This document shows, in pieces, positions 30,253-40,700 of a stretch of DNA of 64,000 nt (the stretch's first letter is position 1; every line of letters begins with the position of its first letter). Origin of the DNA: Chthoniobacterales bacterium (GTDB taxonomy: Bacteria; Verrucomicrobiota; Verrucomicrobiia; Chthoniobacterales; Chthoniobacteraceae); NCBI GenBank assembly GCA_038207335.1, contig JBBQZX010000002.1, positions 96,001 through 160,000 on the forward strand, read 5' to 3'. Made by a program: the position numbers and the translations under genes. The notes beneath the pieces are model-generated. The model searched no databases, was not told the origin of the DNA, and was given only the letters and a program-made list of their open reading frames with translations.

Positions 30253-32934
30253 TCAGTCGTCGTCGTCTGCGGTGAAAACGAATGCCGCGCGGTGTGGCGC
30301 GGGCATCGGACTCGTCGCGCCGCGCACAGAGCGCCAGATCATCTCGTTCAGCAGCAGGTCATCGACTGCGTCCTCCTTTGCGAAGTTCATGGTCGCCGTT
30401 TCCTCCGCTTTCCAAGCGGTCTTTTTGTTCACCGCTTCGAGGTCGATGTTCGCGGGGCGGGCGACGTAGGGGGCTTTATCGGGCTTCGAGGAAAAGGAGG
30501 CGAACATCGGCATCGACGCCGCGTCGAACTGCGACATCGGCTTCATCCCGAGGATCAGCTCCATCGTCCGCAGCATCGAACTCGTCGAATAAAGCGTGGA
30601 ATCCACGCTCTTCCGCCTGATCCAAGGGCTGATTGCAAATGCGATCGTCCGGTGCGCATCCACATGGTCCGGTCCGTTCTGCGCGTCATCCTCCACCACG
30701 AAAATCGCCGTCTCCGGCCAGAACCGCGACTTGCTCACCGCCTCCACGACCTGCCCCAGCGCGAGATCATTATCCGCTACCGCAGCCGCTGGCGTCGCGC
30801 GACCGGGGCTCGAACCGCTCGTGTGATCGTTCGGCAGCCTCACGATCTGCAGCCGCGGCATTTCGCCTTTTTCCTGGAAAGTCGCCAACTCCGCCACAAA
30901 CCGCGCCGCCCGCTTCACATCGGGATACGCCGTGTCAAAGCTCCGATACATCGGATCAAAATGCCCCTTCAGCGCCTCGCTCGTCACCGTCCCCGGCTCT
31001 TCGGGGTTTTTCGCATTTCGCACCCACTCCCCGTAACTCCGATACGTCACGCCCGCCTCCTTCGCGCGATCCCACAAGTATCCCCCAGCCGGAGTAGCGA
31101 TCGGAAAAGCCCCCTCCGCGACATACGGCACCTTGTCGCCGTGCCCGTATCCGAGCGGCCACATCTTCTCCACGAAATCCGACGCATACGCCCCCATCGA
31201 CCATTCGTGCCCATCGGCGCTCACTTCGCTCTCGACGTAAAAGTTATCCAGCAGCACGAATTCCCGCGCCAGCGCGTGATGATTCGGCGTCACGTTCTCC
31301 GGGAAAAGGCACAGCGTCGGGTCCCCGTTCCCTTCCTTCATGTCGCCCAGCACTTGGTCATAAGTCCGGTTCTCTTTCACCACATAGATCACGTACTTGA
31401 TCGGCGACTCCGTGATCTTCCCATGCGGCACCGGGTTCCCCTCCAGCGCCGCCAGATCGATCCGCCCCGTCCCCTCTGGCAGACACTTGTATGCCCGCGA
31501 AGTCCACGTCTTCAGCTGCTTCTCACCCTTCTCCCCGCTTTCCAGCGGAATGATCGACACCGTCCCCTGCATCAGCCCCGCGATATATTCATTGATCCCC
31601 GGCCCTCCCGGCTTCCCCGGCTGCGGCCCGTTCCGGTTCGACTTCGAGATTTGCCCCTTGCCGTTTGCCACCAGCAGCGTCTTCCCATCCGGCGTCACCC
31701 GCACACTCGTCGGATACCAGCCGACCGGAATGAAGCCGAGGCTCCGCGCCTTCCCCGCCTCTGCCAGGTCGAACACCGCCACCATATTGATATTCGCATT
31801 CGCCACATACAGCCGCTTCTCGTCGGGTGAAAGTGCCAGGGAGTTCGGCGTGTTGCCCGGCTCGGCGGCAGGGTGGAGTTCCGCCAGCAGCGTCTCCGTC
31901 GCGAGGCCCGTCGCGGTATCCAGCACCGACACCGTATTGCGATTCGCATTCGCGACGAAAAGCCGCGACCCGTCCTTGCTCAGCAGCATCTCATTCGGGT
32001 GCTCCTCCACCTTCCAGCGCGCCACCACCTGAAACGCCGCCGTATCGATCACCGCCACCGCAGCCTGCCCCCAGAGACTCACATAAAGTCGCCCCTTCTC
32101 CTCATCCAGCACGCAGCAGTAGGGGAAAGGCTCGTCACCCCGCGCCTTGTCCATCGTCACCAGCGCACGCTTGGTGATCGAAGGATCGTCCGTCGGCAAA
32201 ATCCCTGTAAAAGGCACCGCTCCACCCTTGCCCGTCGTCTCCGCCTCTCCGCTTCGAGGGGCGGCGTTCGGCGTTGGAGGTTCGGCCTTGTCCCCTTCCT
32301 TCACCGCGGGTTTCTCCTCCTCCGCAGGCGCTCGCACGTCCTCCTTCAGCGCCAGCTCCGACACGAGCTCCTTCCCATTTTCTCCCTGCGAAAATCGCGT
32401 CACCGTCTGCCCCCACACATTTGCGATGAACCCACTCCCATATTTCTCCCCGATGGCAAACCCCGCCGGAATCCCTCGCACGCGCGGCTCATTCACCTTC
32501 AGCACATCATCCTTCCCGATGGTGCCCGTCTCCGGCTCGAACTCGAACCCGTGCAACTCCTCATCGCCGCCCCCAGAGCAGATTAGCCCCTTCCCCTCCT
32601 TGAAAAACGCGATCCCATAAAACGCCTCATTGATGTTCCTGCGCGACGCCACCTTCCCTGTCTTCAGGTCTAAAATCGCGATCTCGTGCTGTCCATACCC
32701 GCAGTGCAGCACCGCGGCCCATTTACCATTCGGATGCACCGCGATATTCACCGGGAAATCGCCCACCGGCACCTGCTTGCCCACCGGGCGCAGCACCCAT
32801 TGATTCGGCAGCAACACCGACCCATCCGCCCGCTGCCCCGGCACCTGCGCCACCGCCTGCGGCGGGGCTGCATTAATTCGAGCCACGGCGAACGCAGCGG
32901 ACGTGGCGATAAGAAGCAGGGAGGATGTGCGCAT
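30253..32934 (-). CDS. YncE/YVTN beta-propeller fused to an alkaline-phosphatase-superfamily phosphoesterase
   Basis: LFVANAN, IPVGWYP propeller blades; KENRTYDQVLGD, VSADGHEW, LPNDHT, EDDAQNGPDHVDAHR. Confidence 0.88.
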   Translation of the reverse strand: MRTSSLLLIATSAAFAVARINAAPPQAVAQVPGQRADGSVLLPNQWVLRPVGKQVPVGDFPVNIAVHPNGKWAAVLHCGYGQHEIAILDLKTGKVASRRNINEAFYGIAFFKEGKGLICSGGGDEELHGFEFEPETGTIGKDDVLKVNEPRVRGIPAGFAIGEKYGSGFIANVWGQTVTRFSQGENGKELVSELALKEDVRAPAEEEKPAVKEGDKAEPPTPNAAPRSGEAETTGKGGAVPFTGILPTDDPSITKRALVTMDKARGDEPFPYCCVLDEEKGRLYVSLWGQAAVAVIDTAAFQVVARWKVEEHPNEMLLSKDGSRLFVANANRNTVSVLDTATGLATETLLAELHPAAEPGNTPNSLALSPDEKRLYVANANINMVAVFDLAEAGKARSLGFIPVGWYPTSVRVTPDGKTLLVANGKGQISKSNRNGPQPGKPGGPGINEYIAGLMQGTVSIIPLESGEKGEKQLKTWTSRAYKCLPEGTGRIDLAALEGNPVPHGKITESPIKYVIYVVKENRTYDQVLGDMKEGNGDPTLCLFPENVTPNHHALAREFVLLDNFYVESEVSADGHEWSMGAYASDFVEKMWPLGYGHGDKVPYVAEGAFPIATPAGGYLWDRAKEAGVTYRSYGEWVRNAKNPEEPGTVTSEALKGHFDPMYRSFDTAYPDVKRAARFVAELATFQEKGEMPRLQIVRLPNDHTSGSSPGRATPAAAVADNDLALGQVVEAVSKSRFWPETAIFVVEDDAQNGPDHVDAHRTIAFAISPWIRRKSVDSTLYSTSSMLRTMELILGMKPMSQFDAASMPMFASFSSKPDKAPYVARPANIDLEAVNKKTAWKAEETATMNFAKEDAVDDLLLNEMIWRSVRGATSPMPAPHRAAFVFTADDDD

Positions 32935-33128
32935 TGGGAGGAACAGGAGTTTTCGGATTTGAAAATGTCTATCCACGAACTCGCGAATGACGCACAGAAA
33001 TCCTAAAAATTCCGCGCCTCTGCAGGTGAGAAGCTACCCGAACTTCTGCGCTGCCCAGTCACTACTTCGCGGCGAGAAATGTCCGCGTCTCGCCACCGGC
33101 GCGGCACGAAAAACGAGGGCTTGCTTTT

Positions 33129-34256
33129 CTAATGCTCCACCGGCACCGGCGACGTGCCCGGCTTCACCTCGCTGCTCGGCAGCGATGCTGGTGGCGCGGG
33201 TGCTTTTGGCGGCTCCGGTGGTTTCGGCGGCTCGGGCGGAGCCGGCGGCTCAGGACGCTTTGGCTCTGGCGGTTTCGGCGCAGGCGGCTTTGGAGGCGCG
33301 GCATCCGTCGATGCGACCTGCGTAGAATTTGCGGCCGCGGGCACTGCCGCAGCGGACGGCTTCTCGAGCGGTACGGCTCCTTCCGGCGCGGAGGGCGCAG
33401 GCGGCGGTGGAACTGCCGAATCTGCGGGCGCGGGCACCGGAGGAGTTGATGCCGGAGGCACCGGTATGGGAGCAGGCGCGGGCGCGGCGTCCGCCGGTGG
33501 CATTGGCACAGGAGCTGGAGCCGCTGGTGCCTCCGCGGCCGGAGCCGGAGTCACTGGTGTCGCTGGCGCAGGTCCGGCGTTCGCCGGAGCGGGGAGCGCG
33601 GCCTCAGCGGGCACGGGCGTCGCAGGTTCCGGTTGCTTCAATTTCTGAACCTCCATCAACGCCTCGCGCGCGAAATTCGTCTGCCCAAATTGCGCGACCA
33701 CATCCTCGTACACGCGCTTCGCCTGCTCGATCTCACCTTTCACTTTCAAAATCCGCGCCTCCGCCAGCATTGCCACCGGCGCGCTGAAACTCGCCGGATA
33801 AGTCGTCGCCACTTTCTGATAAGTCGCCAGCGCCTCGTCCGGCTTACCCGCCGCTTCCTGCGTCACCGCGAGGCTCGTCCACGCGCCGCTCACGAGCGGA
33901 TGTTGCGCGTGCTCGCTCGTGAATTTCGCAAGCGCCTTCGCCGCCTCCTCATACTTTCCGTCGCCGCGCAGCTTCTCCGCAAGCAGCAGTTCCGCATTCC
34001 CCGCCACCACCGACCCCGGATGATCGGCGATCACTTTTTGAAAATCATCCACCGACTTCGCCATTGCGAATTCCCGCTCCGCAGACTCCCTCGATTTCCG
34101 CTTCGCGAATTCCACAGCACCAGCAACGACCAGCGCCACGATCAGCACGAGCACGAGCGCCACGATCTTCGACTGGTGCTGAATCCAAAACGCGAGCAGA
34201 TCGAAACTCGTGTCGGGGGGGGACGGCTGCTGCTCGGCTTCTACGGGGCTGGACAT
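33129..34256 (-). CDS. YfgM-like membrane-anchored TPR protein with a Pro/Ala-rich tail
   Basis: FW....KI..TM helix; TPR helices (GKYEEAA, GKPDEALATYQKV); long PAP/PPEPPK tail. Confidence 0.75.
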   Translation of the reverse strand: MSSPVEAEQQPSPPDTSFDLLAFWIQHQSKIVALVLVLIVALVVAGAVEFAKRKSRESAEREFAMAKSVDDFQKVIADHPGSVVAGNAELLLAEKLRGDGKYEEAAKALAKFTSEHAQHPLVSGAWTSLAVTQEAAGKPDEALATYQKVATTYPASFSAPVAMLAEARILKVKGEIEQAKRVYEDVVAQFGQTNFAREALMEVQKLKQPEPATPVPAEAALPAPANAGPAPATPVTPAPAAEAPAAPAPVPMPPADAAPAPAPIPVPPASTPPVPAPADSAVPPPPAPSAPEGAVPLEKPSAAAVPAAANSTQVASTDAAPPKPPAPKPPEPKRPEPPAPPEPPKPPEPPKAPAPPASLPSSEVKPGTSPVPVEH

Positions 34257-34302
34257 AAGGGCGGAGAACGTTCCAAAGGACCCGCCCCAGCGCAAGCCCC
34301 GA

Positions 34303-34980
34303 TCAGCTCCGCCGTGTGCTGATTTCGTGCGTCTGCTTGATTTTCACCACCGAATCCGCCGGTGCCACACCCCGCCACTGCACCCCTGGATACAGCACGC
34401 TCCGGCGCCCGATCATCGATCCCGGATTGATGATCGAGTTGCATCCGATCTCCGCGTGATCGCCGATCACCGCACCAAATTTTTTAAGCCCCGTTGGCAC
34501 TAATCCCTGCGGCGTCGAGATCGTAATTTCTCCGCGATCGAGCTTCACATTCGACAAAATCACGCCCGCTCCGAGATGCGCGCGAAAGCCGACGATCGAA
34601 TCGCCCACGTAGTTGAAATGCGGAATCTGCGCTTCGTCGAAAATGATCGAATTTTTGAACTCGCACGAATTTCCCAGCACGCATCCCGAACCGACGATCA
34701 CGTTCTCGCGGATGTAGCACCCATTGCGAATCTCGCATCCCTCGCCGATCCACGCCGGCCCCTTGATCATCGCCCCCTGCTCGATCACCGTACCTTTCCC
34801 GATGAACACCGCGCCGCTAATGAACGGCTTCCCGATCAGTCGCCCTTGGATCGACGGCTTCAAGCGAAACTGCAAATAGCTCGTGATCTGCTTCAGCGCG
34901 TCCCACGCATTCGTCGCATTTTCGAAAAGCATCCGATGCTCCGTGTGGTTCAGGTCGAGGTAGTCTTCCGGGGCAAACAT
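34303..34980 (-). CDS. Hexapeptide-repeat (LbH) GlmU-like acyltransferase
   Basis: GNSCEFKNS, PHFNYVGDS, LGAG, KKFGAVIGD; no nucleotidyltransferase domain. Confidence 0.85.
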   Translation of the reverse strand: MFAPEDYLDLNHTEHRMLFENATNAWDALKQITSYLQFRLKPSIQGRLIGKPFISGAVFIGKGTVIEQGAMIKGPAWIGEGCEIRNGCYIRENVIVGSGCVLGNSCEFKNSIIFDEAQIPHFNYVGDSIVGFRAHLGAGVILSNVKLDRGEITISTPQGLVPTGLKKFGAVIGDHAEIGCNSIINPGSMIGRRSVLYPGVQWRGVAPADSVVKIKQTHEISTRRS

Positions 34981-35168
34981 GATGAGTCGGTTGAATATGG
35001 AAATCGGCGGCGCGAGCGCACGGTTCTAAGGCAAATCGACGGCGAGCCAATTCGGAAATCCAATCGTGCTCGTCAGCCTCCGCGGTTCTCGCCATGCGGC
35101 GAAAGTCAACGCTCTTTTCCATCCTCGCACCCCGCGAAGTCCGCGGCGCTCTCGGCCTTCCGGAAAGA

Positions 35169-36590
35169 TCAACGCGGCGTCAATTTCGCGCCGTCCTTCG
35201 TGTCCTTCACCACCCAGCCCAGCGCCGCGATCCGGTCGCGCAGCTCATCGCTCAACGCCCAATTTTTCTCCGCCCGCGCCTGCTGTCGTTGCTCGACCAA
35301 GCTCATCAGGTCATCGGGAATCACGGAAACGTCGCGTCGCAACGCGAGCACGGATTCAACTCGGTCCCACTCGGCAAGCAGCCTGCCTGCTTGATCTCCG
35401 GAGAGGCTAGCCTCGTCCATCGCCTTGTTGGTGGAGCGGATAAGTTCGAAAAGATGGCCCATCGCACCCGAGATATTCAGGTCGTCATCGAGCGCCTCGA
35501 AGAATGACGCGATTTGCAAATTCGCAGAAGTCGTCAACTCATCGGACCCGTGGAGGTCGCCCTTTTCGCGATCTGCCAGCGTCCGCAGCCGCTCCAGCCA
35601 TTCGTCGATGCGGCCTAGCGCCACACGTGCAGCCTCCAGCCCCGCGATCGTGAAATTGCACGGCAGCCGATAATTCACCGTCAGCAGTGCGTAACGCACC
35701 TCGCGCCCCGCGAATCCCTTCTCCGTCAAATCGCGCAGCGTGTAAAAATTCCCGAGCGACTTCGACATCTTTTGCCCCTCCACCATCAGGTGCGCGCAGT
35801 GCAGCCAGTAGCGGACAAACGTCTTCCCCGTGCAGCATTCCGACTGCGCGATCTCCGCCTCGTGATGCGGGAAAATGTTGTCCACGCCACCGCAGTGAAT
35901 GTCGATTTCAGGCCCCAGCAGCGCCGTCGCCATCGCGCTGCACTCGATGTGCCAGCCCGGCCGTCCCGGCCCCCACGGCGAGTCCCAGCGCACGTCCCCA
36001 TCCGCCTCATCCCACGCTTTCCACAACGCAAAATCGCCGATGTTTTCCTTCTCGTACTCGTCGCTGCTCACCCGCCCGCTCGGCCGCAGCTCGTCGAGAT
36101 TCAGATGCGCGAGCTGCCCGTATTTCGGAAACTTTGAGAGCCGAAAATAGACCGACCGATCCTCCGCCACATACGCGATTTCCTCCCGCACGAGCTGCCC
36201 GATCATCGCAATCATTTTCTCGATGAAGCGTGGCTCAGTCGCCGACGGCGTCTCCGCCGGACGCGCAATCCGCAGCATCGCGATGTCCTGAAAAAACGCG
36301 TCCTTGTAAATCTGCGTGAAGTCCGCGAGCGCCCGTCCCGCCTTGCGAGAATCGCGGATCGTCTTGTCATCCACGTCCGTCAGATTCATCACTCGCTCCA
36401 CGAAATACCCGCGTGCCTCAAGATGCCGCTGAAGCAGATCCTCGAACACATACGCGCGAAAATTTCCGATGTGCGCGTGATTATAAACCGTCGGCCCGCA
36501 GGTGTACATCTTCACCTGCTTGCCCGCCGGTTCGATCGGGCTGAAATCTTCGACCTCGCGGGAGAGCGTGTTAAAAAAACGGAGCGGCAT
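35169..36590 (-). CDS. cysS: Cysteine--tRNA ligase
   Basis: CGPTVY..HIGN, DFALWK, GRPGWHIECS, FPHHE, KMSKS. Confidence 0.97.
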   Translation of the reverse strand: MPLRFFNTLSREVEDFSPIEPAGKQVKMYTCGPTVYNHAHIGNFRAYVFEDLLQRHLEARGYFVERVMNLTDVDDKTIRDSRKAGRALADFTQIYKDAFFQDIAMLRIARPAETPSATEPRFIEKMIAMIGQLVREEIAYVAEDRSVYFRLSKFPKYGQLAHLNLDELRPSGRVSSDEYEKENIGDFALWKAWDEADGDVRWDSPWGPGRPGWHIECSAMATALLGPEIDIHCGGVDNIFPHHEAEIAQSECCTGKTFVRYWLHCAHLMVEGQKMSKSLGNFYTLRDLTEKGFAGREVRYALLTVNYRLPCNFTIAGLEAARVALGRIDEWLERLRTLADREKGDLHGSDELTTSANLQIASFFEALDDDLNISGAMGHLFELIRSTNKAMDEASLSGDQAGRLLAEWDRVESVLALRRDVSVIPDDLMSLVEQRQQARAEKNWALSDELRDRIAALGWVVKDTKDGAKLTPR

Positions 36591-36691
36591 TAGCAAAAAC
36601 GGGAGCGGTGACTTTGAGTGAAGAGACGGCGATGTAGAGCGATGTAGAGAAAAGCAGCCGTCCCGGCGAGCGGATGTTCAGCCGAAGAAAA

Positions 36692-37612
36692 CTACGACGC
36701 CAGCCCAGCGAGCTTCTCCCAGAGCGTGCGCTCCTCCGCGTTGAGCGTGGTCGGCAGTTCCACCTCGAGTTGCACATAAAAATCCCCGCGCCCGCCAGCA
36801 CTCGTGGGCATCCCCCGTCCCTTCACTCGAAACCGCCGTCCCGGCTGCGAGCCCGCCGGCACCTTCAGCTTGATCGATCCCTCCGGCGTCGCCACCTCCA
36901 CCTCGCAGCCCAGCACCGCTTTCCACGCCGGAGCTTCAAGTTCAAAAATCAAGTCCGTACCTTCGATTCGATAATCCGGGTGCCGCTCGAAGCGCACCCG
37001 CAAAAACAAATCCCCCGCGGCCCCGCCCCGCCCCGCTCCACCCCCCTGCCCCGCCAGTCGGATGCGCTGCCCCTCGCGAACTCCTTTCGGGATTTTCACG
37101 TCATACGTTTCCACGCGCGGATTCCCGTCACGACGAAACGAAATCTTCTTGCTCCCGCCATGCAGCGCCTCCTCGATCGTCACCAGCAAATCCGCCTCGA
37201 TGTCCTCCCCACGCACGCGATCCTCCCCGCCCATCCCCGCAAACCCTCCCCCTCCCTGACGCCCGGCACGTCCACCAAAGAACTGCTCGAAAAAGTCGCT
37301 GAAACCCGTTCCCCCAAAACTCGCGCCACCTCCTCCATTCGCCTGCCCCCATCCCGGCGGAGGTCGCTGCGCACTGCCCCCTCGCTCCCAATCCGCACCG
37401 AGCGTGTCATATTTTTGCCGCTTCTCCGCATCACCCAGCACCTCGTACGCCTCATTAATCTCCTTGAATTTCGCCTCCGCCGTCTTCTTGTCCTTCGCCA
37501 CGTCGGGATGATGCACCCGAGCCAGTTTGCGAAATGCGCTGCGAATCTCATCGTGCGACGCCGACTTCTCGACGCCCAAAACTTTGTAGTAATCCTTATA
37601 TTGAACAGACAT
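36692..37612 (-). CDS. DnaJ-class (CbpA-like) co-chaperone without a zinc finger
   Basis: KDYY, HPD, FKEINEAYEVL, GFSDFFE, DnaJ_C; no CxxCxGxG. Confidence 0.92.
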   Translation of the reverse strand: MSVQYKDYYKVLGVEKSASHDEIRSAFRKLARVHHPDVAKDKKTAEAKFKEINEAYEVLGDAEKRQKYDTLGADWERGGSAQRPPPGWGQANGGGGASFGGTGFSDFFEQFFGGRAGRQGGGGFAGMGGEDRVRGEDIEADLLVTIEEALHGGSKKISFRRDGNPRVETYDVKIPKGVREGQRIRLAGQGGGAGRGGAAGDLFLRVRFERHPDYRIEGTDLIFELEAPAWKAVLGCEVEVATPEGSIKLKVPAGSQPGRRFRVKGRGMPTSAGGRGDFYVQLEVELPTTLNAEERTLWEKLAGLAS

Positions 37613-37621
37613 GAGCCGCGC

Positions 37622-37650
37622 ACTCTACTGAGCGGCTCGCCGTCTGCCAA
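37622..37650 (-). promoter_or_regulatory. Putative sigma70 promoter of the CbpA-like gene
   Basis: TTGGCA-N17-TAGAGT, 9 nt before the ATG; the -10 box is flanked by the inverted repeat GAGCCGC/GCGGCTC. Confidence 0.5.
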
Positions 37651-37744
37651 TCGCGCCGCGCAAAATCACGGAACTTTGCGAGTTTGGAATAAACGATCTG
37701 AACCGTGGTGAGAATCCGCCGTGAACACGCGATGACAACGGCTC

Positions 37745-40700
37745 TTAGTGTGGCGAGAAGTGCTTGGTCGAAACCACGCGGAAGCGGTAGTACGGATCGA
37801 CCTTTTTAGATTCGCGATCGTAATCTCTCAGTGCGGGATCGTTCGGGTCGATGAAGCGCTCGATCGTCGCCGAGCCGCGATACTCGCTCACCACCTGATC
37901 ATGCTTCGGGTCAAACACCTTCGCCTCTGCATCGGTCTTCGAGGATTTGCGGATCGCCTGGCAGCGCATATGGACAGTATACACATTCGACTTCGTGGTC
38001 AGCCGAGGAAAAATATGCGTATAAGGGCGCTCCCGCATATTGTCTCCCGTAATTGAATTTTTGGTCCAATAAGCATTCCAATCGCCGCCTACCCCACCAA
38101 GGGGATACAAATCGATATCGCAAATCTCCGAAGCACTCCGAAACAGCGTCGTATCACGGCTCGGAATCTGTGAACCTTGATCGTTGAGCCGAAATTCCAT
38201 CTCCTGCAGAGTTTTATCCAAATCAATGGGGTAACGCAGCGTTAATGTCGGCGCGTCTTTCACCGGGGCCTCCGCGTGAGCCCCCTCCGGCGTATTTGAC
38301 GGAACGGCCATGACGAATGTCGAGCGAAGCACTCCGCGTAGAGCCGTATCGCGACGAAGATAAGAACGCGGATTTGTCGTGTTCGGATTCGTCGTTTTTC
38401 CCCCGCTGACCTTCGACTTGGCATATCCAAATGGTGCGATGACATAATTCATATTCACCTTTCCCCCAGTAGAAAATGGCTCACTGATTGCGTAAGGCTC
38501 GATGACGGGAACCTGAAAATAATCCAACCAGATATGGTCGGGCAAACCTTGTGATCCTGGATGACTCGTCCCCGTTTCACGGTCCGGGCGAAGCAAAAGG
38601 GTCTGCCACGGCTTGTGAGCAAGAGCGCCCGTAGGTAGCGAACCGATCATCGCGACCGAAGGAAGCTGACGATTCGGGCTGAAGAAAGACTGCCCGGTCT
38701 CCTCAATGCCACGACCACGGAAATACGGGGCTCGACCGCTAACGCTCGCATCGGGGTAGTTGAAGTTCAAGTTGCCTTCATCCACCTTATTTCCGAATGC
38801 CCCATCCATGTGCTTGGAGAGACCGCGATCAAAATCACCCGGGCCGCCGTCGCTCCGCTTCACTCCGTTGACATACGCGGGCAGGATCGGCGGCTTGGCA
38901 CCTCGGAATGTGGCGCCAGCAGCCAGACGACCACCGCCAAGATAGCCACCGTTAGCCATCGGATCGCCGTGGGATGCGGTCAGATTGTGAATCTGTCGCC
39001 GCGTGCTCGAATAGAGGACTCCACCCGCAGGATTTTCCACTTTCCGAAAATCGGATGCCACCAGAATTGGCTTCATTGCTCCAATTCTCAAATCTCCCTC
39101 GCCACCCGCTGCAACGCCTTGACCGACATACTCAACACTCCTTACAACGTCGTCTGCTAAGATGTAATCGCGCTTACCGTCTTTCGAACCGTCGAACCGC
39201 TTGGACCTCTGGGAGTTGAAAGACTGATCACCCCCTGTCGGAAGACCTGTAACAGTGAAAGGAGTACTGAAATCAACCGTTGCGGTTTGAACGAGGGTGG
39301 CACGCGGATCATCAAAAGCTTCGCCAGACCAAATCTCGATCTCAAACGATCCACCCTCGACAGTGAGGTCATACGTCCCAGGCGAATTAGTCGGAATCGG
39401 AACAGGAGCACTGACATACGGGTAACGAGTCACGGTATCACCTCCCTGCGACTGGCGCTTATAACTAGCATTCTTCCCCTTCTCGAACGTTTTGATGTAA
39501 ACAGTGAAATTTTGATTACGGGAAGGATCAAGATCGGGATTCGACAATCCTACCGCATCAAAATAGTCATTGGGATGCGAAGGCTTCGTGTGCTCAGCAA
39601 AATAGTGCATTGAGGAACTTGAACCCTGAACCGGCATGAACCCACGACCGTAGGTAACCTCGTGTGGCGCAATGTTACAAATATTGTATTCTGGCGTAGT
39701 ATTAAACTGCATATCAGTCCGCAGTGACGTGAATCCTGGCATATTGGAATTCTTCACAGTCGCAAACGTAGGCGTGATCGCTCGGACCTTCGTAAAATAA
39801 GTCGGTCGAATCGCGGGGAAACCAGGCATCGTCGTGGCTATCTCTAGGGAAAGCACCGCCTGCATCACCTGCGCGTTGCCGCTACCCCCGTTGGTCGGAG
39901 GCACCCGATCATTGTCAGTTGAACGGTGAAAGATCAACGCAGCCTCGCTCAACGTCACAAACCGCCCCAATCCTTGCGTGTTGTTAACCTTGAGTGGCAC
40001 GACCATTCCAGACCAATCCACCGACCGGGCGTTGCGCCCCGAATAGCCGCCCGTCGAGTTTGTTTCACTCACTCCCTCCTTGAAAAAACGCGGGGTATAG
40101 GGTGAGAATTTATTTCCGCCACGGCCCGGAGCGCCCGTGTCCACCAAGTTGACTGAACGACTGTAATCAAAAATCTCGGTAATAATCTGATCGCGATCGT
40201 CGTGATACTTAGTCTCGAAATTTGACCCGAAACCCGGGGTTTCGGGATGAGCAGTGCCGGTAAAGCTATGGACGAAGTCCCACATGTCTTTTGTAGCTGT
40301 CCCTGCCGCAATATCGGCCGTGGCGCTCGTGGCGTCTTGCCGGGTGATGTAGTACGGCTTATCGTTTCCAACGTTGCCATTAGGATCTTTATAAACCGTC
40401 GAAGTAAACGCAAACAGATCGTCCTCATGAGTACGCAAGCTGAGTTGGCCAGCCTTCGCATCGGGATGGATTGGCCACATAGTGATGCGTGGACGTCCAA
40501 AAAGGTTTACCTCGGGCGCGCGGCTGTTGGCAGTTAGGAAGAAGCGCAGCTTTTCGAGAGCAGCAGGAGTCATTTCCGGGTTGAGTTCGGTCACAGGCTT
40601 GGATCCTCCAGTATTGCGATCCGCTGGGAAAAGCATCTCGTCGATCGTCGCGTATAAATGTTTCGTCCTAATATCAAGAATCGCCTCTGCCTTATTTGCT

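Noticed and set aside
37613..37650. CIRCE operator upstream of the DnaJ-like gene
   Set aside because: Only half-site-like words (GCACTC, GTCTGCCAA), without the 9-9-9 geometry
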